From IMG/VR virus record IMGVR_UViG_3300027898_000001: a DNA stretch of 64,000 nt; one strand, given 5' to 3'. This stretch comes from a virus (lineage: Duplodnaviria > Caudoviricetes). The notes beneath the pieces are model-generated. The model saw only the letters and a program-made list of their open reading frames with translations. It was not told the origin of the DNA and ran no database searches. The position numbers were made by a program, and so were the translations under genes. Position 1 is the first letter of the stretch; each line of letters starts with the position of its first letter. Shown here in pieces: positions 52,110 to 63,221 of the stretch.

Positions 52110-54863
52110 TTATGTTATTTTTGAAGTGCCGCTGAACGAGAATGCGCTACCGCCATCTGAATTAAATTCTGATATAGTATCAGTAGTAGGGTAAGTCCAC
52201 TGCTTATAATCAACATCTGGAAAAGTATCTAGGCTCCGTGGTTGTGGTGAAGTAGGGTCTGCGGCTGCTTGCTTTTGACTATTGCTACTTCCCATTTTAG
52301 CTAAAGTGCCCCAAGATATAGGACCTCTATTCATAGTAATAGCATCAGAGACAGATTCTACAGCATTAGTTGGTGTGATACGTTGCTTACTCACAGCTTT
52401 TTCTAACAATGGTGCTACACCAGAGCGACCGAAGCTAAAATTAAATATCTTCGAGAATCCAGTATCGTTTTTAGCACCTGTAATACCATCTACTACCTTA
52501 CCTTTTACTGCCCACTGACTTACATTAATAGATGGTGATAGACCTACAGATTTACCTATCTTTAACACACCACCGAGCGCTTGTTGAAAACCACTCTGTG
52601 TTGCCGTAGAATTAGGGTCACCCGCAATAACTTCGTGATTACCAAAAGCCGCAGATAACTTTGGAATCTTACTCGCAATAGTTTCTACGAGACTACTAGC
52701 ATCTGTAGGCATACGTGTACCAAAAGTTTTCTGATAAATATTACCACCACCATTCAACAACACTTTCTTAGGATCTTTATATGTATCTACAAATTTCTTA
52801 GCATAATCTACTACGGATTTAGGATGTAACAACACATCTTTAGGAGATAATCCAAACGTGGCCGCTGGAAACAAAAAGTTTGTACCAAATTTAGATAGGT
52901 GGTCTGCTGCGGATATTTTCTCCGCATTTGCAAGTGAACTTGGAATCTTAGAAGGATCAGAAAAATCTTTTAAGAACACACCACCTTTCAATGGGTCTGT
53001 TACAAAACTACCTATATTTATATTACTGCTAGTTGCTGGGGAAACAATACTAGTGTACGGTGTTGTTTTAAGTTCAGATAATGGATCTTTACCTGAATCT
53101 AAAGTAAATCTATCTAACACGGGTTTTTCAATAGGGGTATTTAAAGAATTTAAAGTGTCTTGACTTAGACCGTTTAACCCAACACCGTTGAACGCACTAT
53201 CTCTAGCTTCACCTTGATTCTGTAAAACAGCGTCAATTGAATTATTTGCACTCAATTCTACAACAGACGCTGGTATCTTCTTAACAGTAAAAGAGCGATC
53301 TGGATTGAAAGCATCTGGCGATATTGTCATAGCGTCTTTCAATCCACTATCACCTTTGTTCACATCAGCTACTGCCTTAGCTAAATCGTTTTGTGCGACT
53401 ATAGCTGGACTAGTAGGTGTCAATGAACCTGGTCCACCTAATGGTGTACTAGGTATAGCAGGATTCGTAGCATCGAAATTACCTAAACCATCCATAAGAT
53501 TGTTTAACTGATCCGCTTCTGGTAATACATCTTCTTTCTTTCTAACAATGGATTGATTAGTTGGTAATGTTGTAGCTTGTGTATTGCCTTGCAACTGAGC
53601 TACGCGGTCCGCAGTTAAATCATCGCCCGCATTCGCTTTACCCTTTGCTGCGCCACTAGCGTCTGTACCTGTCTTCGCAGCCGCGCCAGTATACACATAG
53701 CTGCGGTAAATATCAAATACTTCACTGTAATTAATACCATTTTTAATGCTGATAGTTTTGCCTGCAATGATATACTTACCATTGTTAGATACACTGTCCA
53801 CATCCAAAATACCTACGGCATCTTTCTGCACATATTCTATAGTATCAAATTCAGTTAAAGTAGTGAATTGGTTAGTCAATACACGAAGACGTTCGGAGAA
53901 TAAACCTAATCCTCGAATGTTTTGATAAATTGCTTGCTCATAGTCTTTATGTATATTGCTATGCGGATGCGGTTCTGTACCATGATCGAATCCTACATAG
54001 TTTACACGAGCTGGACCTTCTAATTGATCTTTAACTTTAGCGTTTACTGGTAATGCTGGACCAAATGTAGGCGCATCCATACCATCAATTACAGGAGGTG
54101 AAGCATCTTCTAATGTATGACCATGTTGCACTTGACCGTAGTTGACCCAATGTGTCATCAGACCACCAGTGCTATTCTCTTTCATTTCACGTAATTGGTA
54201 AATTGGAGCTGTTTTGCCGCTAGCATCTGTATTTAGTGCAAATGTAGCAACAGGATCTTTCTTCATTAACGCGAATAAATCCTTATACTTAAATACACCG
54301 TCAGTAGTCAACACTTTAGACATACAACTAGTTTCACTGGCGTAGCCGCGCATAACAATATCTTCTGCAAAACTACAACGTGTGGTATTCACGTTCAACC
54401 AATTCATGTTGTCATCCGTACCACCTTCTGGACCATCAAACTTCAAATCACTCTTAGCAACCATATTAGCCAATGCTTGGTCAGACGTTGCACGATAACT
54501 TTCACAGTAAACACTAGTACACCATTTAGGCGCATCAAATATACAAACAACTTTGATTTGAGGACCATCAGAGTGTATTTCGCGCTTTACGCTCCACACA
54601 CGAAACGATTTGGGTACCTTTTTATCTAAAATGCCATCACGTACTACAGTTATAGTGATTTTAGTACCTTCAACAAGGTTCATATCACGTTGTAAGTGCC
54701 CACCCTGATCCTGCAAAAACATAGTCAGAGTAGGCACGACAATACCCAAGCCACTGTGAATCAGTACCTGTATAATCAAGTTTGGGCTCGGTTGTGATTT
54801 TTGATCGTCAATTTCTATTTCACAATAGACAATCTTAGAAACGTGAATAACATTAAGAGACAT
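52110..54863 (-). CDS. Baseplate hub-like protein (gp27/GpD-like N-terminus) with a long C-terminal extension
   Basis: 917 aa. Beta-rich N-terminal ~390 aa ending G.YII.G..I..K..NYSE. Sits among baseplate genes. Confidence 0.6.
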   Translation of the reverse strand: MSLNVIHVSKIVYCEIEIDDQKSQPSPNLIIQVLIHSGLGIVVPTLTMFLQDQGGHLQRDMNLVEGTKITITVVRDGILDKKVPKSFRVWSVKREIHSDGPQIKVVCIFDAPKWCTSVYCESYRATSDQALANMVAKSDLKFDGPEGGTDDNMNWLNVNTTRCSFAEDIVMRGYASETSCMSKVLTTDGVFKYKDLFALMKKDPVATFALNTDASGKTAPIYQLREMKENSTGGLMTHWVNYGQVQHGHTLEDASPPVIDGMDAPTFGPALPVNAKVKDQLEGPARVNYVGFDHGTEPHPHSNIHKDYEQAIYQNIRGLGLFSERLRVLTNQFTTLTEFDTIEYVQKDAVGILDVDSVSNNGKYIIAGKTISIKNGINYSEVFDIYRSYVYTGAAAKTGTDASGAAKGKANAGDDLTADRVAQLQGNTQATTLPTNQSIVRKKEDVLPEADQLNNLMDGLGNFDATNPAIPSTPLGGPGSLTPTSPAIVAQNDLAKAVADVNKGDSGLKDAMTISPDAFNPDRSFTVKKIPASVVELSANNSIDAVLQNQGEARDSAFNGVGLNGLSQDTLNSLNTPIEKPVLDRFTLDSGKDPLSELKTTPYTSIVSPATSSNINIGSFVTDPLKGGVFLKDFSDPSKIPSSLANAEKISAADHLSKFGTNFLFPAATFGLSPKDVLLHPKSVVDYAKKFVDTYKDPKKVLLNGGGNIYQKTFGTRMPTDASSLVETIASKIPKLSAAFGNHEVIAGDPNSTATQSGFQQALGGVLKIGKSVGLSPSINVSQWAVKGKVVDGITGAKNDTGFSKIFNFSFGRSGVAPLLEKAVSKQRITPTNAVESVSDAITMNRGPISWGTLAKMGSSNSQKQAAADPTSPQPRSLDTFPDVDYKQWTYPTTDTISEFNSDGGSAFSFSGTSKIT

Positions 54864-54864
54864 A

Positions 54865-55194
54865 TTAAATCCTAGTCGTTTTCTGCACGTTATTTAACTT
54901 AGCTAGAGCTGAGGTTAATTCATTAACATTAGGTATCATAATACGCATACCAGTTTTTAATTGGAAGTTGTCGGCGATCTTATTGTAAGCCAGTATTGCC
55001 CACCATAAATCGGTAGTGTTGTAACAAATATCAGAGATTAGCGCTGCATTGGCTTCAGTCATAGAATCTACAGTGTAATACTGGTAATTATTTACACTGT
55101 AGACAGCATCGAAACTACGGTCACGCAATGGATCCATTCCCAACTCATCTACTACAACGTAATCAATTCTCTGGGTCGCACTCATATTATGCAC
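54865..55194 (-). CDS. Baseplate wedge protein (gp53/LysM-like)
   Basis: LISDICY.TTDLWWAILAYNKI...LKTGMRIMIP. Confidence 0.75.
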   Translation of the reverse strand: MHNMSATQRIDYVVVDELGMDPLRDRSFDAVYSVNNYQYYTVDSMTEANAALISDICYNTTDLWWAILAYNKIADNFQLKTGMRIMIPNVNELTSALAKLNNVQKTTRI

Positions 55195-55879
55195 TCGCTA
55201 GTTTAGATCGGAAGAAACCGTCAATATCTTTACGTGATACTGTCCAGAATGAAGTGGCACTCACTGTGATTGTAGCATTCATAGGAGCACCTTTCTGACC
55301 CATCTGTGTATCAAAATCACAAGATACATCATCAATAACACAAGGGGTCATGGTAAAGAAATCACCGATGCGAATTGTGATTAAATCACCACTACTTTGA
55401 TCCCATGCAGTATATGCAGTGTTGAGTGTTGGTCCAGGTGCGTGTAAGAATCCAGCAGCATCTTCTGTAGGAGCTACCAACTTCATCATATCACGCATGT
55501 TTTTCAAAACATCATTCACTTCGTCTTCTTGTGCGAACAGTACAAATGGAATGGCTATTTTTAACATAGAGCCACCTTCCCATACCGCGCTACTTAAATA
55601 CTTGTTACGCGATGTGACACCTGTTGCAGCGGTAGCGAACTGACCAGCTGCACTACCAACACGACCAGCCATATCTTGCAAGGGTGCTGCAAATGGATTA
55701 TCCCAATTTGAAGATAACTGAAACTGATAATTCTTGGGAAGTGGTGTAGTGATATCTATAATACGATTGCCGCCAGTAGTAGCTGTCAACTGTGCGGTAT
55801 AGGCTCGATGTACACCAGCTGTAACAGCATTCTTTGACGCCTTTGGTGGTGTCGCAGTACCTTGATTAGTCGAAGCCAT
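55187..55879 (-). CDS. Baseplate/tail-tube initiator protein
   Basis: F..TPCVIDDVSCDF...P..ATITV pattern. Lies between the tape measure and wedge genes. Confidence 0.6.
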   Translation of the reverse strand: MASTNQGTATPPKASKNAVTAGVHRAYTAQLTATTGGNRIIDITTPLPKNYQFQLSSNWDNPFAAPLQDMAGRVGSAAGQFATAATGVTSRNKYLSSAVWEGGSMLKIAIPFVLFAQEDEVNDVLKNMRDMMKLVAPTEDAAGFLHAPGPTLNTAYTAWDQSSGDLITIRIGDFFTMTPCVIDDVSCDFDTQMGQKGAPMNATITVSATSFWTVSRKDIDGFFRSKLASA

Positions 55880-58749
55880 TATATAATCCCCATATTAAGC
55901 AGACCTAAGCCATTATCGTGTGCAGCATGCGGTACGTCATCAATACGAGTAGTGTTGTTTGCTACTGGTACAGGCACAGTGCCTACTTTAATGCCAAGAT
56001 CAGCTTTGGCTTTATCTGTAGAGCGTACACGTTCAATAGATGTATCTGGTGCGTTGTTTGTAATAACTTGTTTCGTTGGTGAATACGTAGCACGAACAGG
56101 TGGTGTTTCATTAACAGCTTTAGCGCTAGATACAACAGGGCCTGGTTGTGATATACTACCCATAGGTGCAGGTACTGAACTACCTTGCGTCACTTGTGGC
56201 CTAGCAAGCATCATAGGTGGTGTGCCAGATACTGTCGGGCTCGCAGGTGCTGTGGAGCTTTGTGGTGCATTTGTCGATTGCGGTTGTACTAATAACATGC
56301 TAGGATTAAAACTGCCACCAGCTGGTGTTGCACCTGGAGTATTTGTAGTAACATTACTAGCACCACCACCAAACAAGGACTGTAGAAAACTTTGAGTCTC
56401 TGGATTGTTATCTTTCAGAATGTTTTTAAATGCAGCCTCAAAAGCTGTTTGAATAGCAGTAGCAAGCACTTCAACATCACGAGGCACATCACCAGATGTT
56501 CTCATTGTCTCTGTAGACTTAGCGGCTAAAGCAGAAGTAGTACCATTTACAATAGGCTCTGCTTTCTTTTCAGTGTCTGTCTTTTTATCTGAACCAAAAT
56601 AATCTAAGGCAGATGCAGCAAGTGCACCGCCAGGTATAAATGGTAACGCACCCATTGCAACATTCTTAGCATTTGTACCTATACTATTATTCTTAGCGCG
56701 ACCCCATGCACCCCCATCACTCTTAGGATCATTCTCATCACCGAATGCCCATGTTCTAGCACCATGTGTGAGTTTTTCTCCACCATAATAACCAACGGCA
56801 CCACCGACTAAACCACCTATAGCAGTACCGACAACAGGCACAACTGAACCTATTGCGGCACCTGTAGCTGCACCAGCTGCTGCGCCAGCTGTACCACCAC
56901 CTAGATCGACTAAACTACCAGTCTTCTGTGCTGTAGTGGCTTTATCATCGTTGACAATATTATACGCATCATACGCAGTCATCGCAGCACCAACAAATGG
57001 TAATGCTTTTCCGAAACCCCTACCTACCGATTTAACACCACTACGTATTGCACCTGTTTTAGCTGCACCTTCAGCCGCCATAGGCGTAGCAGATGTTTCT
57101 ACAGTAGCACGGGGTGCAGACTCTACCGCAGTTGCTCTAGCTTCGGCTTGGGGTTTCACTTCTGTGAATTCCGCATCTACAGCAGCACCGAATGGGGAAT
57201 TAGCGGCTACCGTAGGTGAAGGTAGACCCATGCGTTCAGGTATGTTTGAAGTTCTAGGAGCTGCTGGGGTAATAGGTGCGCGTACAGATTCAGATGTTAA
57301 TGGTGAAGTGGATTTACCTATATCAGAAGCAGATATAATTTCAGGAGGTGCAGAACCTAAAGATGAAACAGTGGGCTTCTTACCCATTAAATGATCTGTC
57401 ATCTTATCGCCATAATAAGCAGCGGCACCGAATGCTGTAGCAGCGACTAGACCATTTCTTACACCGTGTTCTGAACTAGATACATTTGTACCATTTGATG
57501 TTACACTCTGCATAGCATCTGTAGATATAGGAACACCTTTAGCTTTCATGGCATCATAAATATCTTTGTTGTCTGTCTTAACAGCAGACTCCGCTGTCAT
57601 TACACCAGAACGAACAGCTTCTTGTTGTATAGCATTTAAAGGAAAGCCTGTTTCTGGATGTGCAATAAAGCCTTGTGATTCAGAAATCTGTGTACGGAGT
57701 TTTCGTAAATCTTCACCAGCTAATGGTGGAAGACCTGATTGTATACGTTGATTTTGGTACTCACGCTCATCTGTAGATATTTTTGAGTTAGTATCAGCAT
57801 TATCTACGGCTTCTTCACCTTTACCCATTAAATACGATGTACCTGCAGCCGCTGCTGTGCCTAATGCAAGAACAGTACCTAGTTTACCTTTGGCACCATG
57901 TTCACCATGCAGAGCATCAGTAACAACAGTTTTTAAACCGGAAGCTTTCTCTGTTATTGCATCTTTGGCACCAGACAACTTACCACCAATCTTACCAAAA
58001 ATACCTTTTTCTTCTTCCAATGGTGGTGTTTTAGGACGACCGCCATGACCTTCTTCCTCCAAAGCACCGGGTCTAGCTTTTTCTCTTAAGTGTTCTTCTT
58101 CCTCTAAAGAACCTGATTTAAACTTGCCTTTACCTCGTATCTTGTCATACACACCTTTAGCTTTCGCCATTAGTGCTGCACCTAACAAAGAATCGACTAA
58201 ACTACCAATGCTGCCAAACACATCATGTTTAGGATCTTTAGGATTGCCATCAACTGAATGTGTATCTAAACCGTATGGAGTTCTTGCTTGTGTAATAGAT
58301 TTAGGTGCAGTTTTCTCATCCTTAAGAAGTTTATAAATTTCAGAAGCGCTCTCATTCAACTTAACCATTTTCTGATCTAGTGAGTGAAGCTGACTTACTT
58401 GAACAGCATTAAACTTTTTATCTTGGTCTTTCTGTGTAGACAACGATTGAACAACTGCATGATTATCTATGTTAGCATCATGGGCTATTACAGATAACTT
58501 ATCAGTGATCGCTTTCACAGGAGTAGTTTGCGAAACACTACTAGATTTTACTTCTGCTTTTTTGGCATCGACTGCCACTTCTTTGGCTGTAGATACTTCA
58601 CCCTTAGCTTTTACCTTACTAGGAAGTTTACCACCAAAGCCTTCATCGTCATTTGCGGAAGATGATACAGGTTTAGTTTCAACAAGTTCATTCTCTACAT
58701 CAGGCTTATATTTGTTTGCTAATAGCTGTAATGCTTTACCTTCTGCCAT
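55879..58749 (-). CDS. Tape measure protein
   Basis: About 956 aa, Ala/Gly-rich, GAAAGAATGAAIGSVVPVVGTAIGGLVGG motif. Start moved to ATG 58749. Confidence 0.75.
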   Translation of the reverse strand: MAEGKALQLLANKYKPDVENELVETKPVSSSANDDEGFGGKLPSKVKAKGEVSTAKEVAVDAKKAEVKSSSVSQTTPVKAITDKLSVIAHDANIDNHAVVQSLSTQKDQDKKFNAVQVSQLHSLDQKMVKLNESASEIYKLLKDEKTAPKSITQARTPYGLDTHSVDGNPKDPKHDVFGSIGSLVDSLLGAALMAKAKGVYDKIRGKGKFKSGSLEEEEHLREKARPGALEEEGHGGRPKTPPLEEEKGIFGKIGGKLSGAKDAITEKASGLKTVVTDALHGEHGAKGKLGTVLALGTAAAAGTSYLMGKGEEAVDNADTNSKISTDEREYQNQRIQSGLPPLAGEDLRKLRTQISESQGFIAHPETGFPLNAIQQEAVRSGVMTAESAVKTDNKDIYDAMKAKGVPISTDAMQSVTSNGTNVSSSEHGVRNGLVAATAFGAAAYYGDKMTDHLMGKKPTVSSLGSAPPEIISASDIGKSTSPLTSESVRAPITPAAPRTSNIPERMGLPSPTVAANSPFGAAVDAEFTEVKPQAEARATAVESAPRATVETSATPMAAEGAAKTGAIRSGVKSVGRGFGKALPFVGAAMTAYDAYNIVNDDKATTAQKTGSLVDLGGGTAGAAAGAATGAAIGSVVPVVGTAIGGLVGGAVGYYGGEKLTHGARTWAFGDENDPKSDGGAWGRAKNNSIGTNAKNVAMGALPFIPGGALAASALDYFGSDKKTDTEKKAEPIVNGTTSALAAKSTETMRTSGDVPRDVEVLATAIQTAFEAAFKNILKDNNPETQSFLQSLFGGGASNVTTNTPGATPAGGSFNPSMLLVQPQSTNAPQSSTAPASPTVSGTPPMMLARPQVTQGSSVPAPMGSISQPGPVVSSAKAVNETPPVRATYSPTKQVITNNAPDTSIERVRSTDKAKADLGIKVGTVPVPVANNTTRIDDVPHAAHDNGLGLLNMGII

Positions 58750-59809
58750 ACTTATTACCCCGCACTGCTTTGTCGAGTCTGCGTTTTTCCTCATCTTCTT
58801 TGCGATCTTTGACTAAACAACTATTATGATAAAGTAATTGTTTAACCAACATGTTTTCATTTGGCTGTAAACCAAATTCAGCAAGTAAGGAGTATTGAAT
58901 GTCAAGAATGTTTTTATCCGAATTATCTGCAAAGAATGTGGTGAAATTCACATTCTGTCTGTACGTAGTTTTATAGCCACAGTTACGACACCGTAGTGGG
59001 AGCATTTCATAAACACCATGATAGTGCTCTTTCGATACACGCATTAACTCAACAAACTGTTCTGTAGATAACACATCTAACGCCACTAACTTTTCTTCCA
59101 ATGTATTGCCAGCTTTTACCCATCTTGCATACTCGGCCATTTGTGCGTCTTCAGGACATTCTTTGCGTATATCATTTAGCTCTTGCAATGTCCCAACACG
59201 AGGAAAGTCCATGAAGCTAGGTAGAGAATCGAAGTCATCCTCTAACGAAGTGATACGCATTGCAGCATTGTTGATAAGTTCGTTTGTTTCCCAACCACAG
59301 GTTCCGTATTCCAGTCCCTGATAAGCCATGTCTTCATGTGAAACTCCTGTAACAACACCATCATCACCGCCTATCTTTCGCATAACAGTGTTCGCACAAG
59401 TCCAGCGTACAAATGTAGGACTTTCAGGATAACTACTACGTCTAAGCCATGCAAGTAGAAACGTGAAGTCACCATCTGTAAGAACATTAACATCCACGCT
59501 AGAGCAAGCATTAACCGCGCGGGTTAGATGGAATATACCACGAGGGGAATTAGCTGTAAGGTGTATAAGAGGTAATTCAGTTAGACGAAAAGGTCTTAAA
59601 TAGATCTCTCTAAGATCTATATCACGATATGCAAAATAACCTGTAGGCAAATCACCTATGTTTTGATAATTAGGATCGGTTGTAAATCTTTTATCAGTTA
59701 CCATTACAGGTTGTTGTATAGGTGCATTACACTCGGAAGAACAGGTCGGCTGTGATTTCGAACTTTGAAATGTGTTTTTGATTGCAGCGAGTACAGTTTT
59801 TAGCAACAT
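58736..59809 (-). CDS. Baseplate hub/tail assembly chaperone (T4 gp26-like), paralog 1
   Basis: LRPF, LTDGDF..LL, DFPR, ARW...G.TLEEK and CxxC, shared with 59727. Confidence 0.6.
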   Translation of the reverse strand: MLLKTVLAAIKNTFQSSKSQPTCSSECNAPIQQPVMVTDKRFTTDPNYQNIGDLPTGYFAYRDIDLREIYLRPFRLTELPLIHLTANSPRGIFHLTRAVNACSSVDVNVLTDGDFTFLLAWLRRSSYPESPTFVRWTCANTVMRKIGGDDGVVTGVSHEDMAYQGLEYGTCGWETNELINNAAMRITSLEDDFDSLPSFMDFPRVGTLQELNDIRKECPEDAQMAEYARWVKAGNTLEEKLVALDVLSTEQFVELMRVSKEHYHGVYEMLPLRCRNCGYKTTYRQNVNFTTFFADNSDKNILDIQYSLLAEFGLQPNENMLVKQLLYHNSCLVKDRKEDEEKRRLDKAVRGNKYGRR

Positions 59810-60509
59810 AGCGTTTCACACCATGAGAATGAGTTAAGTTTGCTTTTAATGCGGCTTCGGCTAAGTCCATAGGACTATTTTCGAGTATCGCAAACTTCTC
59901 TTCTAAGGTAGTACCTTCACGTATCCAGCGAGCCGCTTCAACTAGGTTCAAACGCTCAGGGTCTTTACGCATTCTATTAGCATCAGAACTAGTTAGCATT
60001 CTAGGAAAATCTAAACGCGCATCTAATACGTCTTCTGTTAGGATCTTTAAATCCAAATCAGGTAATGCAATGCCAATAGAGTTATCTGTCTCGCAATATA
60101 TTGCTTCAACTACTAGAAAGTCCGGATTTTGTAAATCTGATTTTTCTGCATCTGTGGCTGCAATATATTTTTCAGTTAATTCTTTAAGATCTTCTGAGGT
60201 GAAAATTCTATTCAAACCAGTTGTTTCTTTCCAAAGTATATTATCACAAATCCATTGAGCAACCAAGTTATCTTTTGAATAACCCACTATTCGCTGATAA
60301 GCTAGTAGATAATGGAAGTCGCCATCTGTGAGCTGTCTGGAGTCTATGGAGAGCACTTCCGATAGCGCATCCAACGTGGGTTCCATAGAAGCTAGAGCAA
60401 CCGCTTTAGATAGCTTTTTTAGCTGTTTTACCCCAAACATGTCCATTTCTATATGACGCATGTTATAGGGTACCATACGACTTGGTAGAACATCTGATCC
60501 AAATTTCAT
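59727..60509 (-). CDS. Baseplate hub/tail assembly chaperone, paralog 2
   Basis: LTDGDFHYLL, DFPR, ARWIREGTTLEEK and CTRC. Confidence 0.6.
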   Translation of the reverse strand: MKFGSDVLPSRMVPYNMRHIEMDMFGVKQLKKLSKAVALASMEPTLDALSEVLSIDSRQLTDGDFHYLLAYQRIVGYSKDNLVAQWICDNILWKETTGLNRIFTSEDLKELTEKYIAATDAEKSDLQNPDFLVVEAIYCETDNSIGIALPDLDLKILTEDVLDARLDFPRMLTSSDANRMRKDPERLNLVEAARWIREGTTLEEKFAILENSPMDLAEAALKANLTHSHGVKRYVAKNCTRCNQKHISKFEITADLFFRV

Positions 60510-60525
60510 AAAATCACCGTTTGTG

Positions 60526-61029
60526 TTATTTAATGTCTTGATCGTCTACGGAAAAGTTTTGTTGTATCCGTATACGACTGTTATCTGTGTATGTCAAATC
60601 GAATTGACCTCTAGCTGCTGGCCATATACCTTTTAACGTAGCTGTAAGTATCGTGTTGTTGCCTTGATCTAACAGCGCTACTGGTACATCACGTTTGTAA
60701 CTGGCTGGAAGATAGTACAGTCCTGTATCAGGATTGCGAATTGCTTTTCTCCAAGCTTCTAACCATAGTGTAGTAGTTAGATTTTTATCTTCATAGAAAG
60801 TAATATCTGTAGCAGTAATATTTTGAAATCCTGGAAAATAAAGATAACTACCTGCTATGAATACTTCTTGTTCTATGTTTGTATTGTAGAACGGTAAGTT
60901 GACAGCTTCTACATACTCTCGTGGCAAAGTTATACCGCCAAAAGATGGTAACGCCAGAACTACCCATTTGAATGACAATAGCGGGTCAGGCATTTTATTA
61001 ACTAAATCAAAGCTAACTAATTCATCCAT
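60526..61029 (-). CDS. Tail tube-like protein (second tube fold)
   Basis: AVNLPF, ITFYED, W...I.NP.TG.Y and L.GIWP patterns of the gp19-like family. Start moved to ATG 61029. Confidence 0.7.
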   Translation of the reverse strand: MDELVSFDLVNKMPDPLLSFKWVVLALPSFGGITLPREYVEAVNLPFYNTNIEQEVFIAGSYLYFPGFQNITATDITFYEDKNLTTTLWLEAWRKAIRNPDTGLYYLPASYKRDVPVALLDQGNNTILTATLKGIWPAARGQFDLTYTDNSRIRIQQNFSVDDQDIK

Positions 61030-61042
61030 AGCACACACCAAT

Positions 61043-61080
61043 AAAAAAGGTTACGTAACCGCTAAGCCACGTAACCTTTT
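61043..61080 (-). terminator. Terminator after the tail tube gene
   Basis: 12-bp stem AAAAGGTTACGT/ACGTAACCTTTT with a U tract on the minus strand. Confidence 0.75.
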
Positions 61081-61104
61081 GCGCGCGGCTTATTGCCGAT
61101 GATA

Positions 61105-61620
61105 TTAACGGATACGTTTGTACACGTCAAATTTGAAAGTAGTGGATAGTGTGATAATACCACCACCAGCACCATCAAATGATTCTTCAGGAACTTCAGA
61201 CACCCAGCAGTTTTTAATCTCATACTGTGCAGCAACAGAACCATCTTGTTGATACATAGTCATGGTACCAGTAACTGCGTAATCTGCTTTGAATGAACCG
61301 TGCTGTGTATCTGTAGCACGAATCTTCTCAGCCCAATCTTCAAGCATCTTCGCCATTTCACCTTTAGAGTTCTCAATGATTTCTAAGGTGAAAGAGTTTG
61401 AGAAAGTTTTACGTGCGGCATGCATGGTCTTATGACCAAACAATTCCACTTCAACTTCCGCTAATGTAACACCAGGCTTAACCGCAGTCTTACATTGTAC
61501 GGTCATCTGACGAACACTACCACCACCAGGAATCGAGGCAAAGGTAAAATCGAAGTTGTCATTTAACATTGGATCTTTGACGTTAAGCACGTCATCAAGC
61601 GTTGGCTTAGGCATAATCAA
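61105..61620 (-). CDS. Tail tube protein
   Basis: gp19-like: F.F.F..IPG, PG.T...VEV, Y.I..CWVSEV, TF.FD. Directly downstream of the sheath. Confidence 0.85.
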   Translation of the reverse strand: MIMPKPTLDDVLNVKDPMLNDNFDFTFASIPGGGSVRQMTVQCKTAVKPGVTLAEVEVELFGHKTMHAARKTFSNSFTLEIIENSKGEMAKMLEDWAEKIRATDTQHGSFKADYAVTGTMTMYQQDGSVAAQYEIKNCWVSEVPEESFDGAGGGIITLSTTFKFDVYKRIR

Positions 61621-61631
61621 CTCCGAAAATA

Positions 61632-63221
61632 TTAGTTAGTAGCATTAACAAGACTTTGAGCGAATGTGATCTGACCAGTTTTAGGTATGATTGCATTCAA
61701 ATGGATACGTTTAGCTGGTAGTACAGGGTCAACATACACATCTAATATCAAATCACCATTAGCAATATTCTCATTAGAATTGTTGCGATCATCACAAATA
61801 ATTTCGTAACCGTACAGACCACGGCCACGTTTAATAGGTGCTAGAATACTATCACACAATGCTTTCATACTAATGCGCAAGAAAGTATCGTTAGGTTCAT
61901 ACACACCAACTAGTGAACTGTTTGCGATGCTGGTCTTCAACAAAGAAATCAAGCGACGGACGTTGATGTTTGATAATGCTGACGCGAACGATTGTAACGT
62001 ATCAGCGCCCCAAACAACATAACCTTGTCCAGGCATAGAAATCAATGGGTTGATTTGATTGTCTGCAAATAAATCACGATGACCTTGTTTGTATGCAACA
62101 CGAAGACCTTGGACACTCAACTGACTACGTGTAATACCGGCAGGTGCGAACCAAGCAGCGGCTACACGATCAGTACGGGCAAACACACCAGCAACATGAC
62201 CAGAACACGGTATATACAAATTGTTTGCACGATCAGTATCACGTATAAGGATATCTGGAGCATATAAAGCACCATAAGAAGTGCTTACATTCAAAGTATC
62301 TCTACGCCAATTAACAGCGGCTTGTGCATCTTGTTGATCTGAAGGTACGTCTAAGATTGCAAAACAATCATCACGTTCCGCAGCAATTTCTAACATACGT
62401 TGTTGGACGGTAACATCAGTATAACCGGCATTTATTAACAGGTTAACTGTAAGGTCTTCAACGTCACGGAACACTTCCCACGCATTAGCAATATCCGAAG
62501 TGGTAACCGCAGTTCCGTTATCACCTTGTGTTATACCACCACTTGTCAACGCATTTATTAACACCGCTTGTTCATTTACTAAGAAACTTGGGTGTTGACG
62601 ATTAACAAGGACATGAATACGCTTCGACGTTTCTGTCAGATTTTCGATATTCAGTTGCTTACCGAATCCATCCAATTTATCAAATAGCGTAGCACGATAA
62701 CTTTCAACTGCAACGGAACTACTACCTTCAAATACGTTCAACACAAAGCCTTGATTGCTTGCGTCGTTTGTATCAGGATAAATAAGTACACGCAAATTGT
62801 TGTTCCAATCGCCCGGATTATCTGCGTAAATCCACATAATATCGTTTGTATCAAAAACAATATCAGCGGCACTATTAAGTCCTACTGTGAACGGAACAGT
62901 TGTGCTGAAATTGTTGACAGTAGCTACTTTAATGCCACCCAATTTAGCGTTGTTTGCAATCCGTACAACATACAATTGGCTACTGTCTTCTAAGAATGCA
63001 GTGGCACAATAGTGCATGTAAGTGAGTGTGGGATCTGATACACCATATTGTGCGTTCAAATCTGTTTTATCTACAACTAAACTCGCTACACCTACGGGAC
63101 CCTTGTGAGAAGGTCCAACGATAGCACCAATACTGGTCGGAGCTGCTGTAGTTCTTACCGTATCATCGACTTCTCCGGTGTACACGCCGGCGCTTGTACT
63201 GGAGCCTGAATTTATAGACAT
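61632..63221 (-). CDS. Contractile tail sheath protein
   Basis: GVYTGE.D...,W.APAG..R, INP, VVWG..T, INVRRL and YEPND motifs. Confidence 0.93.
   Translation of the reverse strand: MSINSGSSTSAGVYTGEVDDTVRTTAAPTSIGAIVGPSHKGPVGVASLVVDKTDLNAQYGVSDPTLTYMHYCATAFLEDSSQLYVVRIANNAKLGGIKVATVNNFSTTVPFTVGLNSAADIVFDTNDIMWIYADNPGDWNNNLRVLIYPDTNDASNQGFVLNVFEGSSSVAVESYRATLFDKLDGFGKQLNIENLTETSKRIHVLVNRQHPSFLVNEQAVLINALTSGGITQGDNGTAVTTSDIANAWEVFRDVEDLTVNLLINAGYTDVTVQQRMLEIAAERDDCFAILDVPSDQQDAQAAVNWRRDTLNVSTSYGALYAPDILIRDTDRANNLYIPCSGHVAGVFARTDRVAAAWFAPAGITRSQLSVQGLRVAYKQGHRDLFADNQINPLISMPGQGYVVWGADTLQSFASALSNINVRRLISLLKTSIANSSLVGVYEPNDTFLRISMKALCDSILAPIKRGRGLYGYEIICDDRNNSNENIANGDLILDVYVDPVLPAKRIHLNAIIPKTGQITFAQSLVNATN

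Noticed and set aside
55862-58816. Long plus-strand ORFs opposite the tape measure gene, and similar antisense ORFs throughout (e.g. 4449..4757, 34856..35251, 46336..46749)
   Set aside because: Shadow frames of real genes with biased codon usage. They lack RBSs and recognisable motifs and fully overlap better-supported ORFs.
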